The notes under the pieces were generated by a model. The model saw nothing but the letters and a program-made list of their open reading frames with translations. It made no database searches and was not told the origin of the DNA. A program made the translations under genes and the position numbers. Source: an uncultured Gemmatimonadaceae bacterium (GTDB taxonomy: Bacteria; Gemmatimonadota; Gemmatimonadetes; Gemmatimonadales; Gemmatimonadaceae). Taken from it: DNA of 64,000 nucleotides. Within the stretch, counting starts at the first letter, position 1; each line of letters starts with the position of its first letter. The stretch spans positions 192,001 to 256,000 of the forward strand of contig CAWBOC010000007.1 of the NCBI GenBank assembly GCA_963790305.1, in the 5' to 3' direction. Below are positions 29,566 through 38,305 of this stretch, piece by piece.

Positions 29566-30750
29566 GCGACCGCCTCCTCACGTAGCGTTCGCGCGATGGG
29601 CAGCGACGCGGCACGCCACGAGGGGTAGACGCCAGCGAGGATTCCCGAGCCGACGAGGAGCGCGAGCGCCGTCCACGCCGCACGCGGCTGGAAGAGAAAG
29701 AAATCGATCGCCGTTGGCAGGCCCGGAAAGCTGGCGAGGATCGCGTTCAGCCATCGCGCCGTGACCAGTCCCAAGGCGAGCCCGAACGCGGCACCCAACG
29801 CGGAGATCAGGAGGCTCTCGACCACGATCTGCTGCACCACGTGCGCTCGCGAGATTCCGATCGCGCGCTGCACCGCGATCTCCCCGATCCGCTGATTGAC
29901 GGACACGGTGACGAGCGTCGTCACCAGAAGAAACCCGACGAGCAGGCTGACGCCGCCGAGGATGAGCGCCATCTGCCGGAAGTAGGCGAGGCGCTCGTCG
30001 ACGCGCGCGAGCGCCTCACGAGTGGAGATCGCATCGACGCGCGGGATCTCCCGCTCGATCCACCGCTGGACGCTGTCGGCAATCGCTCCGTCGCGCACAC
30101 CGACCATGAACAGCGACGCCCGGTCGGTTCGCTCTGCGCCGCCCATCGCCTGAAGAGTCGCCAGCGGAACGGCGACCGCCGGCTGTCCGCGCGAGAGATA
30201 GAGAAATCGCGCAACGCCGGAAAGCACGAGCCGCCGCTCTCCGCTGTACGCCCGCAGCTGCGGACTGTACGCGGTGGCGAGCGTCAGCGTGTCGCCGAGC
30301 TGCGCACCCGTCGCCTGTAGAAAGTCCTCGTTCGCCACGAAGGCATCGACACCAAGGGCGTCGCCGCCCCGCTCCAGCTCGTAGTCCCCTTGCACCGAGG
30401 CGTTGACGCCGAGCGCGAACGCCGTGGACCGCTGGGCGCCGTCTACGACGTGCACGGTCGCCCCGAGCACAGGGCTGACGGCCGTGACGTCGGGATGACG
30501 CGAGAGTAACTCGACGATCCCGGAAGCCCCGGCGATCGTCGCCTCGGTGTCGAATGGCAGCGTTCCTCGCGGCGCAAGCCGAATCGAGAAGCCGCGGCTC
30601 TCGAGAAGGGTGCCGAACGACGCGCGCATTCCGCTCGAGAGCATCACCATGTCGAGCAGCATCGCCGCCGCCACAGCCACACCGAGAACCGCGAGACCGG
30701 TGCGGGCGCGATGCCGCGCGAGCGAGATGAGGGCGAGATGCAGAATGCAC
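29562..30750 (-). CDS. ABC transporter permease (FtsX/MacB type)
   Basis: LARHRARTGLAVLGVAV, SVNQRIGEIAVQRAIG, YPSWRAA; in-frame start unclear (possible indel at GTGCATT ~30750; track starts 30680). Confidence 0.85.
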
Positions 30751-30754
30751 TGCT

Positions 30755-31561
30755 CTAGCGCCCCAACAGCGCGAGCGGGCGCGCGCGAACCAGTCTGAGC
30801 GCGGCCAACGCGCCCGCGACAATGCCCAGCGTGATGGAGAGCGCGGCGGCGAGCACCACGATGTCCGGCGTCACAATGGAGAAACGCAGTGGGGTGCGAT
30901 AATGGGCCTGGTAGTACGCATTGACCGCCGCGGACGCGAGCGCACCGATGACCGTGCCCGCCAGGCTGCCGACGAAGGCGATGAACGCCGCCTCGAGCAC
31001 TACCGCGCCGAGCACCGTTCGGCGGGAGATGCCGAGGAGACGAAGGGCAGCGACGTCCCGGCGGCGCTCATCCACCTTGAGCAGAAGAATGCAAAGCAGG
31101 AAGATGGCGCTCGCCACGATCGTGATGACGCCGATTGCCCGATGGAATCGGCTGACGACGCGAAATGTCTGGGACGTCTCGATCGCGACGTCGCGCGACC
31201 GGTGCGCGCGGAACCCGAACGCGACATCATTGATGGCATCGAGTGCGCGCTCGGTTGCGCTGGTGTCGGGTGTGGTGACGGCGAAGCGGTCGACTCGGTC
31301 GCCGTAGCCGATCAACTGCTGCAGATGATCGAGGTGCAGTCGAACACGATACTCATCGCGCGCGATCTCGCTTGGGTCGGCCGTGCGCGCGGTAACCGCA
31401 CCAATGAGAACGGTGTCGCCGGCGGCGCCAGGTGCGCTCGCGACGACGACGCGGTCGCCGAGGCGCAGTCCGGCATCGGCGGCCAATCGTTCATCGATCG
31501 CAATGGTGCGCGTCGTGCCCTGAAGGGCGAGCGCGAGAGTCAGTAAGGGGATGAGGCCCAT
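30755..31561 (-). CDS. ABC transporter permease (FtsX C-terminal type, short)
   Basis: VDERRRDVAALRLLG...VVLEA. Confidence 0.85.
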   Translation of the reverse strand: MGLIPLLTLALALQGTTRTIAIDERLAADAGLRLGDRVVVASAPGAAGDTVLIGAVTARTADPSEIARDEYRVRLHLDHLQQLIGYGDRVDRFAVTTPDTSATERALDAINDVAFGFRAHRSRDVAIETSQTFRVVSRFHRAIGVITIVASAIFLLCILLLKVDERRRDVAALRLLGISRRTVLGAVVLEAAFIAFVGSLAGTVIGALASAAVNAYYQAHYRTPLRFSIVTPDIVVLAAALSITLGIVAGALAALRLVRARPLALLGR

Positions 31562-31591
31562 TGTCGAGGGAAATATGACCGCCAGCATCGA

Positions 31592-32578
31592 ATGCCGTCA
31601 GCCGTTCTGATCGACACCGACCCCGGCATCAATGACGCCGTAGCGCTCGCACTCGCCGCGCGTCTCCCCGAGCTCGACCTCGTGGCCATCACGACATGTC
31701 ATGGGAACACCAATGTGGCACGCGCCACGCGCAACGCGCGGGAGATCGCCGGACGCGTCGGGATCGATGCGCCCATCACCGCGGGAGCGGCGGCCCCGCT
31801 CCACCGCGCGGCGCATCCCGCACGCGAAACCCACGGCGACGAGGGACTCGGGCACTGGGTACCCGATCAGGCGGCGCACGCCGAGCCCGACCACGCCGCG
31901 CAAGCCATCGCCGAGGCGGCGGGCGCCCATCATCGCCTCGTGGTGATATGTCTTGGTCCCCTGACCAACCTGGCGCGTGCTGTTTCGTCCTTCGATCACG
32001 TCGCTCCAGCGCTCGGCCCCGTCTTCATCATGGGTGGCACGATTGGCGTGCGGGGCACGCAGACGCGGTGGAGCGAGTTCAACTGGTGGGGCGATCCGGA
32101 GGCGGTCGAGATCGTGCTGAACGCGGGGCTGGACATCCGCCTCGTCCCTCTCAATGTCACGCGACGAATCGTGGTGCCCGGAGACGCGGTCCGCGCACTG
32201 CGCGAGGCGGGGCAGATCGACGACGACGCACGGTTCTGGGCGGACGCGCTGGGGTTCTACATGGATTTCCACAGGGGTCACGAGGGACTCAATGGTTGCG
32301 TCGTCAACGACCCCCTGGCCGTCGCGCTGGCGGCGGACCAGTCCTTGGCGACGTGGCGTGACATGCGCATCGGGATCTCGGTGAGCGACGATGAACGACG
32401 CGGAGCGATCATGATCGATGCGGAGGGTGGCGCCGCGGCGCGCGTGGCCACGACTGTGCGTGCCAGTGACGTGCTGGGCCTTCTGACACGGCGTGTCTTC
32501 ACCCCCTGGCTGACGGACGCGCTCGTCAGGCGCGGGGTCGAGCAAGCGGCGAAGTGGCTCGACGAGCATCCACAATGA
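31592..32578 (+). CDS. Nucleoside hydrolase family protein (atypical active site)
   Basis: IDTDPGINDA, HGDEGLG, LGPLTN, MGG, SEFN..DPEA, NDP. Confidence 0.88.
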   Translation: MPSAVLIDTDPGINDAVALALAARLPELDLVAITTCHGNTNVARATRNAREIAGRVGIDAPITAGAAAPLHRAAHPARETHGDEGLGHWVPDQAAHAEPDHAAQAIAEAAGAHHRLVVICLGPLTNLARAVSSFDHVAPALGPVFIMGGTIGVRGTQTRWSEFNWWGDPEAVEIVLNAGLDIRLVPLNVTRRIVVPGDAVRALREAGQIDDDARFWADALGFYMDFHRGHEGLNGCVVNDPLAVALAADQSLATWRDMRIGISVSDDERRGAIMIDAEGGAAARVATTVRASDVLGLLTRRVFTPWLTDALVRRGVEQAAKWLDEHPQ

Positions 32579-33486
32579 AGCGCGCCGTGGTCATCGGCGC
32601 CGGCGAGATCGGTGCAGGCTGGGCCGCGCTGTTCGCGGCCCACGGCGTGGACGTGACGCTCGTGGACCCGGACGCGGACGCGCTGTCCCGCGCGCATGTG
32701 GCCCTCGAGGAGGCGCGGGCGTTAGGCGCCGGCCGCGGGAAGGCCGGCGTGTTCACGGCCATGCACGATGTCGAGCCAGCCATGGAGGAAGCCGACTGGA
32801 TCCAGGAGGCAATACCCGAGGCGCTCGAGCTCAAGCAGTCACTTTTCGCGCGCGTCGAGAGTCTCGCGCCATCGAGCGCGATCATCGCATCGAGCACGTC
32901 TTCGCTCACCCGCGCACAGCTGTCCGAAGGGATGCGGGAGCCGGCGCGATTGCTGATCGTGCACCCGCTGCATCCAGTGTACGCCGTGCCCGTCGTCGAA
33001 GTGAACGTCGATGGGACGGTCCCCCCTGCGACGGTCGAGCGTGTTCTGGCGACGCTCCGCTCGCTCGGCCGAGAGCCGGTGGTCGTGAGCGGGGATCGCC
33101 CGGGGCTGGTCGCGAACCGCCTCACGGCTGCCGTCCTTCGTGAGGCGCTCGACCTCATCTCGACGGGGACGATCCGCGCCGCGGATCTCGATCGCCTCGT
33201 CGCGCGGGGGATCGCGCTGGGCTGGGCCGCGCGCGGCCCGCTGATGACGGAGATCATCGGCGCCCAGCTCGATGCTCCCGAGGGTCTGCCCGGTGCACTC
33301 GACGCGACGCTTGCACCGCTCTGGCGCACGCTCGCCTCGTGGGGCGCGCTCGATCCGACGGCACGCGCGACCGTGGAGCGCGACCTGCGGAGCTCGTTAG
33401 GGGAGATGCAAAAAGCCCACGCAGCTGGCGAGAGCACGTGGGCAAAAACACTGTCGCGCGTCGCCCGCGCCGCGGAAGCCGACTAG
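32575..33486 (+). CDS. 3-hydroxyacyl-CoA dehydrogenase family (carnitine/gulonate dehydrogenase-like)
   Basis: IGAGEIG, QEAIPE...K, ASSTSS, HP..P, GLVANRL; ATGA overlap. Confidence 0.85.
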   Translation: MKRAVVIGAGEIGAGWAALFAAHGVDVTLVDPDADALSRAHVALEEARALGAGRGKAGVFTAMHDVEPAMEEADWIQEAIPEALELKQSLFARVESLAPSSAIIASSTSSLTRAQLSEGMREPARLLIVHPLHPVYAVPVVEVNVDGTVPPATVERVLATLRSLGREPVVVSGDRPGLVANRLTAAVLREALDLISTGTIRAADLDRLVARGIALGWAARGPLMTEIIGAQLDAPEGLPGALDATLAPLWRTLASWGALDPTARATVERDLRSSLGEMQKAHAAGESTWAKTLSRVARAAEAD

Positions 33487-33896
33487 CTGGCCCGTTCCCT
33501 GGCGACCCAGGCCGCCGTTTCCCGGATTTCCTCCCGCGACTCGCCGAGTGTATACGAAGGCTCACCAAATCGGCGCACCCCGCGGAGGATGAGGAACACG
33601 CCCAGACCCACCTCGATGATTCCGGTGACGAGGGCGCCGACCCAATAGTTTCCATCCGCGAGGCGGCCGATGAGCGCCACGAACGCGATCGTCAGGGCGA
33701 CCAGCGCGATCACCGCGATGCCGAACGCCATCGACAGCCACAGAACACCTCGTGCACCCGTTCGGATGCTTTCCTTCACTTCCAGCTTCCCGAGCAGCAT
33801 CTCGTCGCGAACCAACCGCTTCGAGTCTGACGCGAGCTGGCCTACGAGTTCCGTGATTCCGGTGTCGGGGTCAATGTGGACCGCGTGCGCTGCCAA
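33483..33896 (-). CDS. YhjD/holin-X-like two-TM membrane protein
   Basis: ELVGQL..D..RLVRDE..L.K.E pattern; strong GGAGGGAGGAG before TTG 33896. Confidence 0.75.
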   Translation of the reverse strand: MAAHAVHIDPDTGITELVGQLASDSKRLVRDEMLLGKLEVKESIRTGARGVLWLSMAFGIAVIALVALTIAFVALIGRLADGNYWVGALVTGIIEVGLGVFLILRGVRRFGEPSYTLGESREEIRETAAWVARERAS

Positions 33897-33962
33897 GTCT
33901 CCTCCCTCCGTGATTCGCATTCGTGTGCTCGCGGAGGTTTGAGGCAACAGGTGTGCCGGGAA

Positions 33963-34052
33963 GAGCTAAAGGCGCTAGAAGCGCTAGAAGCGCTAGGGGC
34001 GCTCGATGAATCCGTCCAGCGCCTTTAGCGCCTCTAGCGCTTCTAGCGCCTC
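33963..34052. repeat. Family B inverted tandem 9-mer element (GCGCTAGAG / CTCTAGCGC)
   Basis: ggcgctagaagcgctagaagcgctagggg...agcgcctttagcgcctctagcgcttctagcgcctc. Confidence 0.9.
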
Positions 34053-34731
34053 AGCCCCTCTCCACCTGCACCACGCTCGCGAGCCCCGGCCCCACCTGGT
34101 GCTCGGCGGTTCCGACGCGGAGCGTGATCGGGCCGCCGAAGGGAGCCTGGGCGAGGACGCTGACGATCACGCCCGGGACGAGACCCAGCTCACCCAGGTA
34201 GCGCAGCCGCGGCGCGTCGTCGTCGCTCACCCGGACGACGCGGCCCGAGGCGCCTGCGGGGAGGTCGGCCAACGACATCAGCGAGCGCTCATCGATCTCG
34301 CCTTCCCGGGTGGGAATCGGCGCGCCATGCGGATCGACCGAAGGCTCGCCGATGGCGGCCGCCATGCGATCGATGAGCTCCTCCGACGCGGCGTGCTCGA
34401 GACGCTCGGCCTCGTCGTGCACTCGGTCCCAAGCGTACCCCAGCGCGCGGGTGAGATACGCTTCGATGATCCAATGCCGGCGCAGCATGCGCAGCGCGAT
34501 CCGTCGGCCTTCGTCGGTGAGGCGCACGCCACGGTATCGCTCGTGCGCGAGCAACCCCTGCTCGGCCAGACGGCGCACCATCCCGCTCACCGACGCGGGG
34601 GCGATGGCGAGACGGTGCGCGATGTCGGTCGTCGCCGCTGCCCCCGACAGGCGCTCGATCTCGTAGATCACCTTCAGGTAATCCTCGACCGGCGCGGTGA
34701 CGTCGTCGGGATTTCGCGTCGTCATCATCAT
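34051..34731 (-). CDS. DtxR/MntR metal-dependent regulator with FeoA domain
   Basis: EDYLKVIY, PASVSGM, RRH..IE, VHDEAERLEH, DPHGAPIP. Confidence 0.92.
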   Translation of the reverse strand: MMMTTRNPDDVTAPVEDYLKVIYEIERLSGAAATTDIAHRLAIAPASVSGMVRRLAEQGLLAHERYRGVRLTDEGRRIALRMLRRHWIIEAYLTRALGYAWDRVHDEAERLEHAASEELIDRMAAAIGEPSVDPHGAPIPTREGEIDERSLMSLADLPAGASGRVVRVSDDDAPRLRYLGELGLVPGVIVSVLAQAPFGGPITLRVGTAEHQVGPGLASVVQVERG

Positions 34732-34808
34732 CAAGGTCGCACCCACGCCGAAGCGATCTGCACGAGGAGCCACGCGGTGAGCGATGCGATGATCAGCGCC
34801 TGAGCCAT
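34731..34808 (-). CDS. Putative 25-aa hydrophobic peptide MAQALIIASLTAWLLVQIASAWVRP
   Basis: GGGGAG upstream; TGA overlaps ATG of the DtxR gene (TGATG); below ORF-track cutoff. Confidence 0.45.
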   Translation of the reverse strand: MAQALIIASLTAWLLVQIASAWVRP

Positions 34809-34881
34809 CGCGGATTCACCAACTCCCCCATCTTAATCCGGTCGGAGGTGAAGCGCACCAGCGCAGTGGTGCGACGGCGCG

Positions 34882-35520
34882 CTAGGCGAGCGAGAGGAAC
34901 TGCCGCAGGATGCGCTCGGTCAGCCCCCAGATGGTGTGAGCGCCATGCTGAAAGCTCATCACCGTGCGAGGCCCCGTGGCGAGCTCGAGCACGACCTCAC
35001 GCGAAACGTCCGGATCGCGCAGCGCGGCCACGTCGACCCAGAACCACTCGGCGACCTCGGGGCTGGCGACAATGTCGACGTCGAATCTCACCAAAGCGAC
35101 AAAGGGCGTGATGATGATCGGTGGCAGGACGGGAGTGCGCGGCGCCAGCTCGTCGAGGCATCCGAGCAGGCGGCCATCACGCTCGAGATCGATGGCCGTC
35201 TCCTCCCATGTCTCGCGCACGACGGTGCGCTCCAGCGTCGGGTCGCCGGGCTCGCTGCGCCCACCGGGGAGCGCGACGTGGCCGCTCCACGGGTCGCCCT
35301 CGAACGTCGCGCGCTTGATCATGAGGAGTTGCGGCGTCGGCGGCTCGCGGGTTTCATCGAGCCTGACGAGGAGCGCCACCGCGGCCCGTCGCGAGGCATC
35401 CCCAGGATCGACGAGCGCCGGCGCCCTTCCCGCCATCGCCCGCACGAGCGGCGCGATCTCCGGATGCTGGGCGATCCGGTCAAGCTCGGTTCTCGTTCTC
35501 GTTTCCGTGTGATGCGGCAC
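34882..35520 (-). CDS. Nudix CoA pyrophosphatase
   Basis: SGHVALPGG...RETWEE, IWGLT. Confidence 0.88.
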   Translation of the reverse strand: MPHHTETRTRTELDRIAQHPEIAPLVRAMAGRAPALVDPGDASRRAAVALLVRLDETREPPTPQLLMIKRATFEGDPWSGHVALPGGRSEPGDPTLERTVVRETWEETAIDLERDGRLLGCLDELAPRTPVLPPIIITPFVALVRFDVDIVASPEVAEWFWVDVAALRDPDVSREVVLELATGPRTVMSFQHGAHTIWGLTERILRQFLSLA

Positions 35521-35521
35521 G

Positions 35522-35878
35522 CTACCCCTCGATTTCTCCCCCCGCATCGACCCACGACTGAATGCCGCCGGTCATGGATGCGACATCGCCATATCCCATT
35601 TCACGCATGGTGTCGGCGGCGAGCGCCGAGCGATTCCCCCGGGCGCAGTAGAGCACGACTTTGCGCTCACGCGGAACCGCTCCTTCGATTTTCCCTTCGA
35701 GCGTCCCGCGCGCGACGTGCACCGCGCCCGGCAGATGCCCGAGATTCCACTCCCGATCCTCGCGCACGTCGATGATGGCAAAGTCCTCGCCGCGCTCGCG
35801 CATCTGGATGACGTCGCGGGCGGAGATTTCTTTGATGCGTGCTTTGGCGTCCTGGATGAGTTGGTGACCGGATTTCAT
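35522..35878 (-). CDS. Rhodanese-like protein
   Basis: IDVRE..EW..GHLPGA, YCARGNRS, GGI..W. Confidence 0.92.
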   Translation of the reverse strand: MKSGHQLIQDAKARIKEISARDVIQMRERGEDFAIIDVREDREWNLGHLPGAVHVARGTLEGKIEGAVPRERKVVLYCARGNRSALAADTMREMGYGDVASMTGGIQSWVDAGGEIEG

Positions 35879-35883
35879 GATGT

Positions 35884-35923
35884 GAGGTTGTCGAGGTCGT
35901 CGAGGTCGTCGAGGTCGTCGAGG
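35884..35923. repeat. Family A left arm (TCGAGGTCG x4)
   Basis: gaggttgtcgaggtcgtcgaggtcgtcgaggtcgtcgagg. Confidence 0.9.
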
Positions 35924-35978
35924 GCGGCGCGCGGCGTTTTGATGCCGCGAACTCCGCTTATCTGCTCAATGCTAGCAC

Positions 35979-36396
35979 ATGAGTGCACCCGACCCTCCGA
36001 AACATGGGCACACGGCGACGCGAACCCACCGCGATCTCGTCGTGTGGAGGGAAAGCATGCGTCTTCTCATTGAGGTTTATCACCTCGCCAAGGATTTGCC
36101 AACAAGCGAACTCTATGGTCTATCGTCGCAATTGCGTCGTGCGGCACTATCTATCCCGACTAACATTTCGGAGGGGTTCGGCCGGCGCGCGCCAGGTGAG
36201 TTGCGGCGCTTTCTATCGATCGCCGAAGGCTCACTTCGCGAGCTCCAAACATTGCTCGAGGCGGTAGCTCTCCTTTCATTACCTGCCTGCGGAAAGGCTC
36301 GAGGTGTCCGTGGCCACCGCCAACCGCGTGGGATTCCTCATCTATCGATTCAGGCAGACAGTGAGGCCCAAGTGTGCGTCTCCCCGATCACCTTGA
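35979..36396 (+). CDS. Four-helix-bundle protein (23S rRNA IVS protein / bAvd-like); single-base frameshift near 36275
   Basis: HRDLVVW, ELYGLSSQLRRAALSIPTNISEG, RFLSIAEGSLRELQT; deleting one T from CTTTC gives HYLPAERLEVSVATANRVGFLIYRF...TGA 36396. Confidence 0.9.
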
Positions 36397-36422
36397 CGAC
36401 GTCGATCACCTCGATCACCTCG
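36383..36422. repeat. Family A right arm
   Basis: cgatcaccttgacgacgtcgatcacctcgatcacctcg; contains stops of both the four-helix-bundle and LD-carboxypeptidase genes. Confidence 0.88.
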
Positions 36423-37335
36423 GCAGCACAGAAACGCTCCGCGCCCCAGCATCCAGCTCCCCCACCGCGCCCAGCGCCATCGTCCACTGCTCGCTCACGT
36501 GACCGACCGGCACCCCCGCGAGACACGGGACTCGCAACCAGTCGGCCAGCTCGAGCAAGACATCGTCGAGAGTTCGCGCGCCGTCGTCGGCCTCTTCGGG
36601 GCAATTGGTGCAGTCGCCAAAGATGATGGCGCGCACGCCGTGCAGCGCGCCGGAGAGACGCAGCTGCGCCAGCATGCGATCAATGCGATAGACCGCTTCG
36701 TTCACATCCTCGAGCACGAGCAACGCGCCGTCGAGGGGCGGGAGGTAGGGCGTTCCCACCAGCGCCGCGAATACGGCGAGATTACCTCCTTCTAATCGGC
36801 CGCGCGCCCGGCCCGGTCGGAGGACGCGCGCACGTTCCGCCACCCCGCAGGAGTCTTCCCCGCGCATCACGGCTCGCTCCAACGAGGCGCGCGAGAACGG
36901 CGAGAGCGGCGTGCGCGCCGTCGGGGCGTGGTACGACACGATCCCTGCCTGACGAGCGATCGCGCCGTGCAGCGCAGTCACATCGGAATAGCCAAGGATG
37001 GGCTTGGCATGTCCGCGCAGCGCGCTCCAGTCGATGCGATCGAGCACACGCATCGCGCCATAGCCACCGCGAAGGCACCACACGCCATCAACGCGCCGAT
37101 CGCGTAGCGCATCGTTGAGATCGGCCGCGCGCATCTCGTCGTCACCGGCGAAGTAGCCGGTGCGCGCGAGTGCATGTGGTGACACGACCGGTTCCCATCC
37201 GAGCGCGCGCACGTTCGCGATCGCGCGCTCGACATCATCGGGTCCACGGAGTGGGCCGGCGGGTGCGACGAGTGCGACGCGCGCACCAGCTCCGAGTGGT
37301 GGCGGTGCACGGCGCGCACTGGATGCAACGGTCAT
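36415..37335 (-). CDS. ldcA: LD-carboxypeptidase (S66)
   Basis: RGGYGA, GYSDVT, GGNL, LEDVNE, PVGH. Confidence 0.92.
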   Translation of the reverse strand: MTVASSARRAPPPLGAGARVALVAPAGPLRGPDDVERAIANVRALGWEPVVSPHALARTGYFAGDDEMRAADLNDALRDRRVDGVWCLRGGYGAMRVLDRIDWSALRGHAKPILGYSDVTALHGAIARQAGIVSYHAPTARTPLSPFSRASLERAVMRGEDSCGVAERARVLRPGRARGRLEGGNLAVFAALVGTPYLPPLDGALLVLEDVNEAVYRIDRMLAQLRLSGALHGVRAIIFGDCTNCPEEADDGARTLDDVLLELADWLRVPCLAGVPVGHVSEQWTMALGAVGELDAGARSVSVLPR

Positions 37336-37563
37336 GCGCGTCGTTCGTGGTGATCGCGATCGAGCGCGTAAGAAAAGCGTGCCATTGTCATTCGATGAAT
37401 CGCGCAACGTAGATGCGCAAGCGGGGCCGGTCAACCACGCGTGCATCGCGCTTTACGCACCCATTGAAACGCATGGCACACGCGTTGCCCCTTTGCGCGT
37501 CCCCAAGGGCGGCGTACGCCGCCGTGACGAGAAAGTACCTGACTCAGTTCGGAGGACACGACC

Positions 37564-38211
37564 ATGGCGGATCGCAACAAGGACCAGAATGAGGATCTCG
37601 GCTCGCAAGGCGGTCAGGGAGGAATGAGCGGATCCCCAGGAGGTTCGCAGAGTGGATCGCTCGGTGGATCGCGTGGTGGCGCTGGTGGGCAGCAGGGCAG
37701 CTCACGGACCGGAAGCTCGGGCGCCGACAGTGAAGGCTTCGGTGCGTCAGGTGCCGGATCGACTGGTGGCGCTGGCGGTTCGAGTGGACGCAGCGGCGGC
37801 GCCGGCGGTTATGGCGCGTCGGGCTCCGAGAGCGACATCGATGACGAGAGCATCGGTGATGAAAGCTCAGGATCGGGCGGCGGGCTGAGCGGCAAGGATA
37901 AGGATCGCGGCGGCCAGGGTGGCGGCGGCGGCGGCGGTGGCCAGCGCGGCGGTGGCGGCGGTGGTCAGGGTGGTGGCGGACAGGGTGGTGGCGGCGGCGG
38001 CGGACAGCGCGGCCCCGGTCAGGGCGGCGGCGGTCAGGGCGGCGGTCAGGGCGGCGGCCAGGGTGGTGGCGGTGGACAGCGCGGCGGCGGTGGCGGTGGC
38101 CAGGGTGGTGGTGGTGGCGGACAGGGCGGCGGCCAGGGTGGTGGCGGTGGACAGCGCGGCGGTGGCGGCGGCGGAATGGGCGGAGGCGGCGGCCAGGGCG
38201 GCAATCGCTAA
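37564..38211 (+). CDS. Gly/Gln-rich low-complexity protein
   Basis: GGAGG RBS, own terminator, GGGQ/QRGG repeats with synonymous codon variation. Confidence 0.75.
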   Translation: MADRNKDQNEDLGSQGGQGGMSGSPGGSQSGSLGGSRGGAGGQQGSSRTGSSGADSEGFGASGAGSTGGAGGSSGRSGGAGGYGASGSESDIDDESIGDESSGSGGGLSGKDKDRGGQGGGGGGGGQRGGGGGGQGGGGQGGGGGGGQRGPGQGGGGQGGGQGGGQGGGGGQRGGGGGGQGGGGGGQGGGQGGGGGQRGGGGGGMGGGGGQGGNR

Positions 38212-38226
38212 CGCATCAGCGTTTCC

Positions 38227-38258
38227 AAAAGGGCGCCCTTGGGGCGCCCTTTTTTTTT
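38227..38258 (+). terminator. Rho-independent terminator
   Basis: AAAAGGGCGCCC-ttg-GGGCGCCCTTTTTTTTT. Confidence 0.9.
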
Positions 38259-38305
38259 GCGCCCGGTTGCTCGCGCGCTCCCGCATGCGCTCGTAACTTC
38301 GCCGC

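Noticed and set aside
33483..33896. Prophage suggested by a holin-like protein
   Set aside because: This family is commonly chromosomal; no phage structural, lysis or integrase genes nearby
35979..36396. Diversity-generating retroelement suggested by the Avd-like fold
   Set aside because: No reverse transcriptase and no template/variable repeat pair seen in the window
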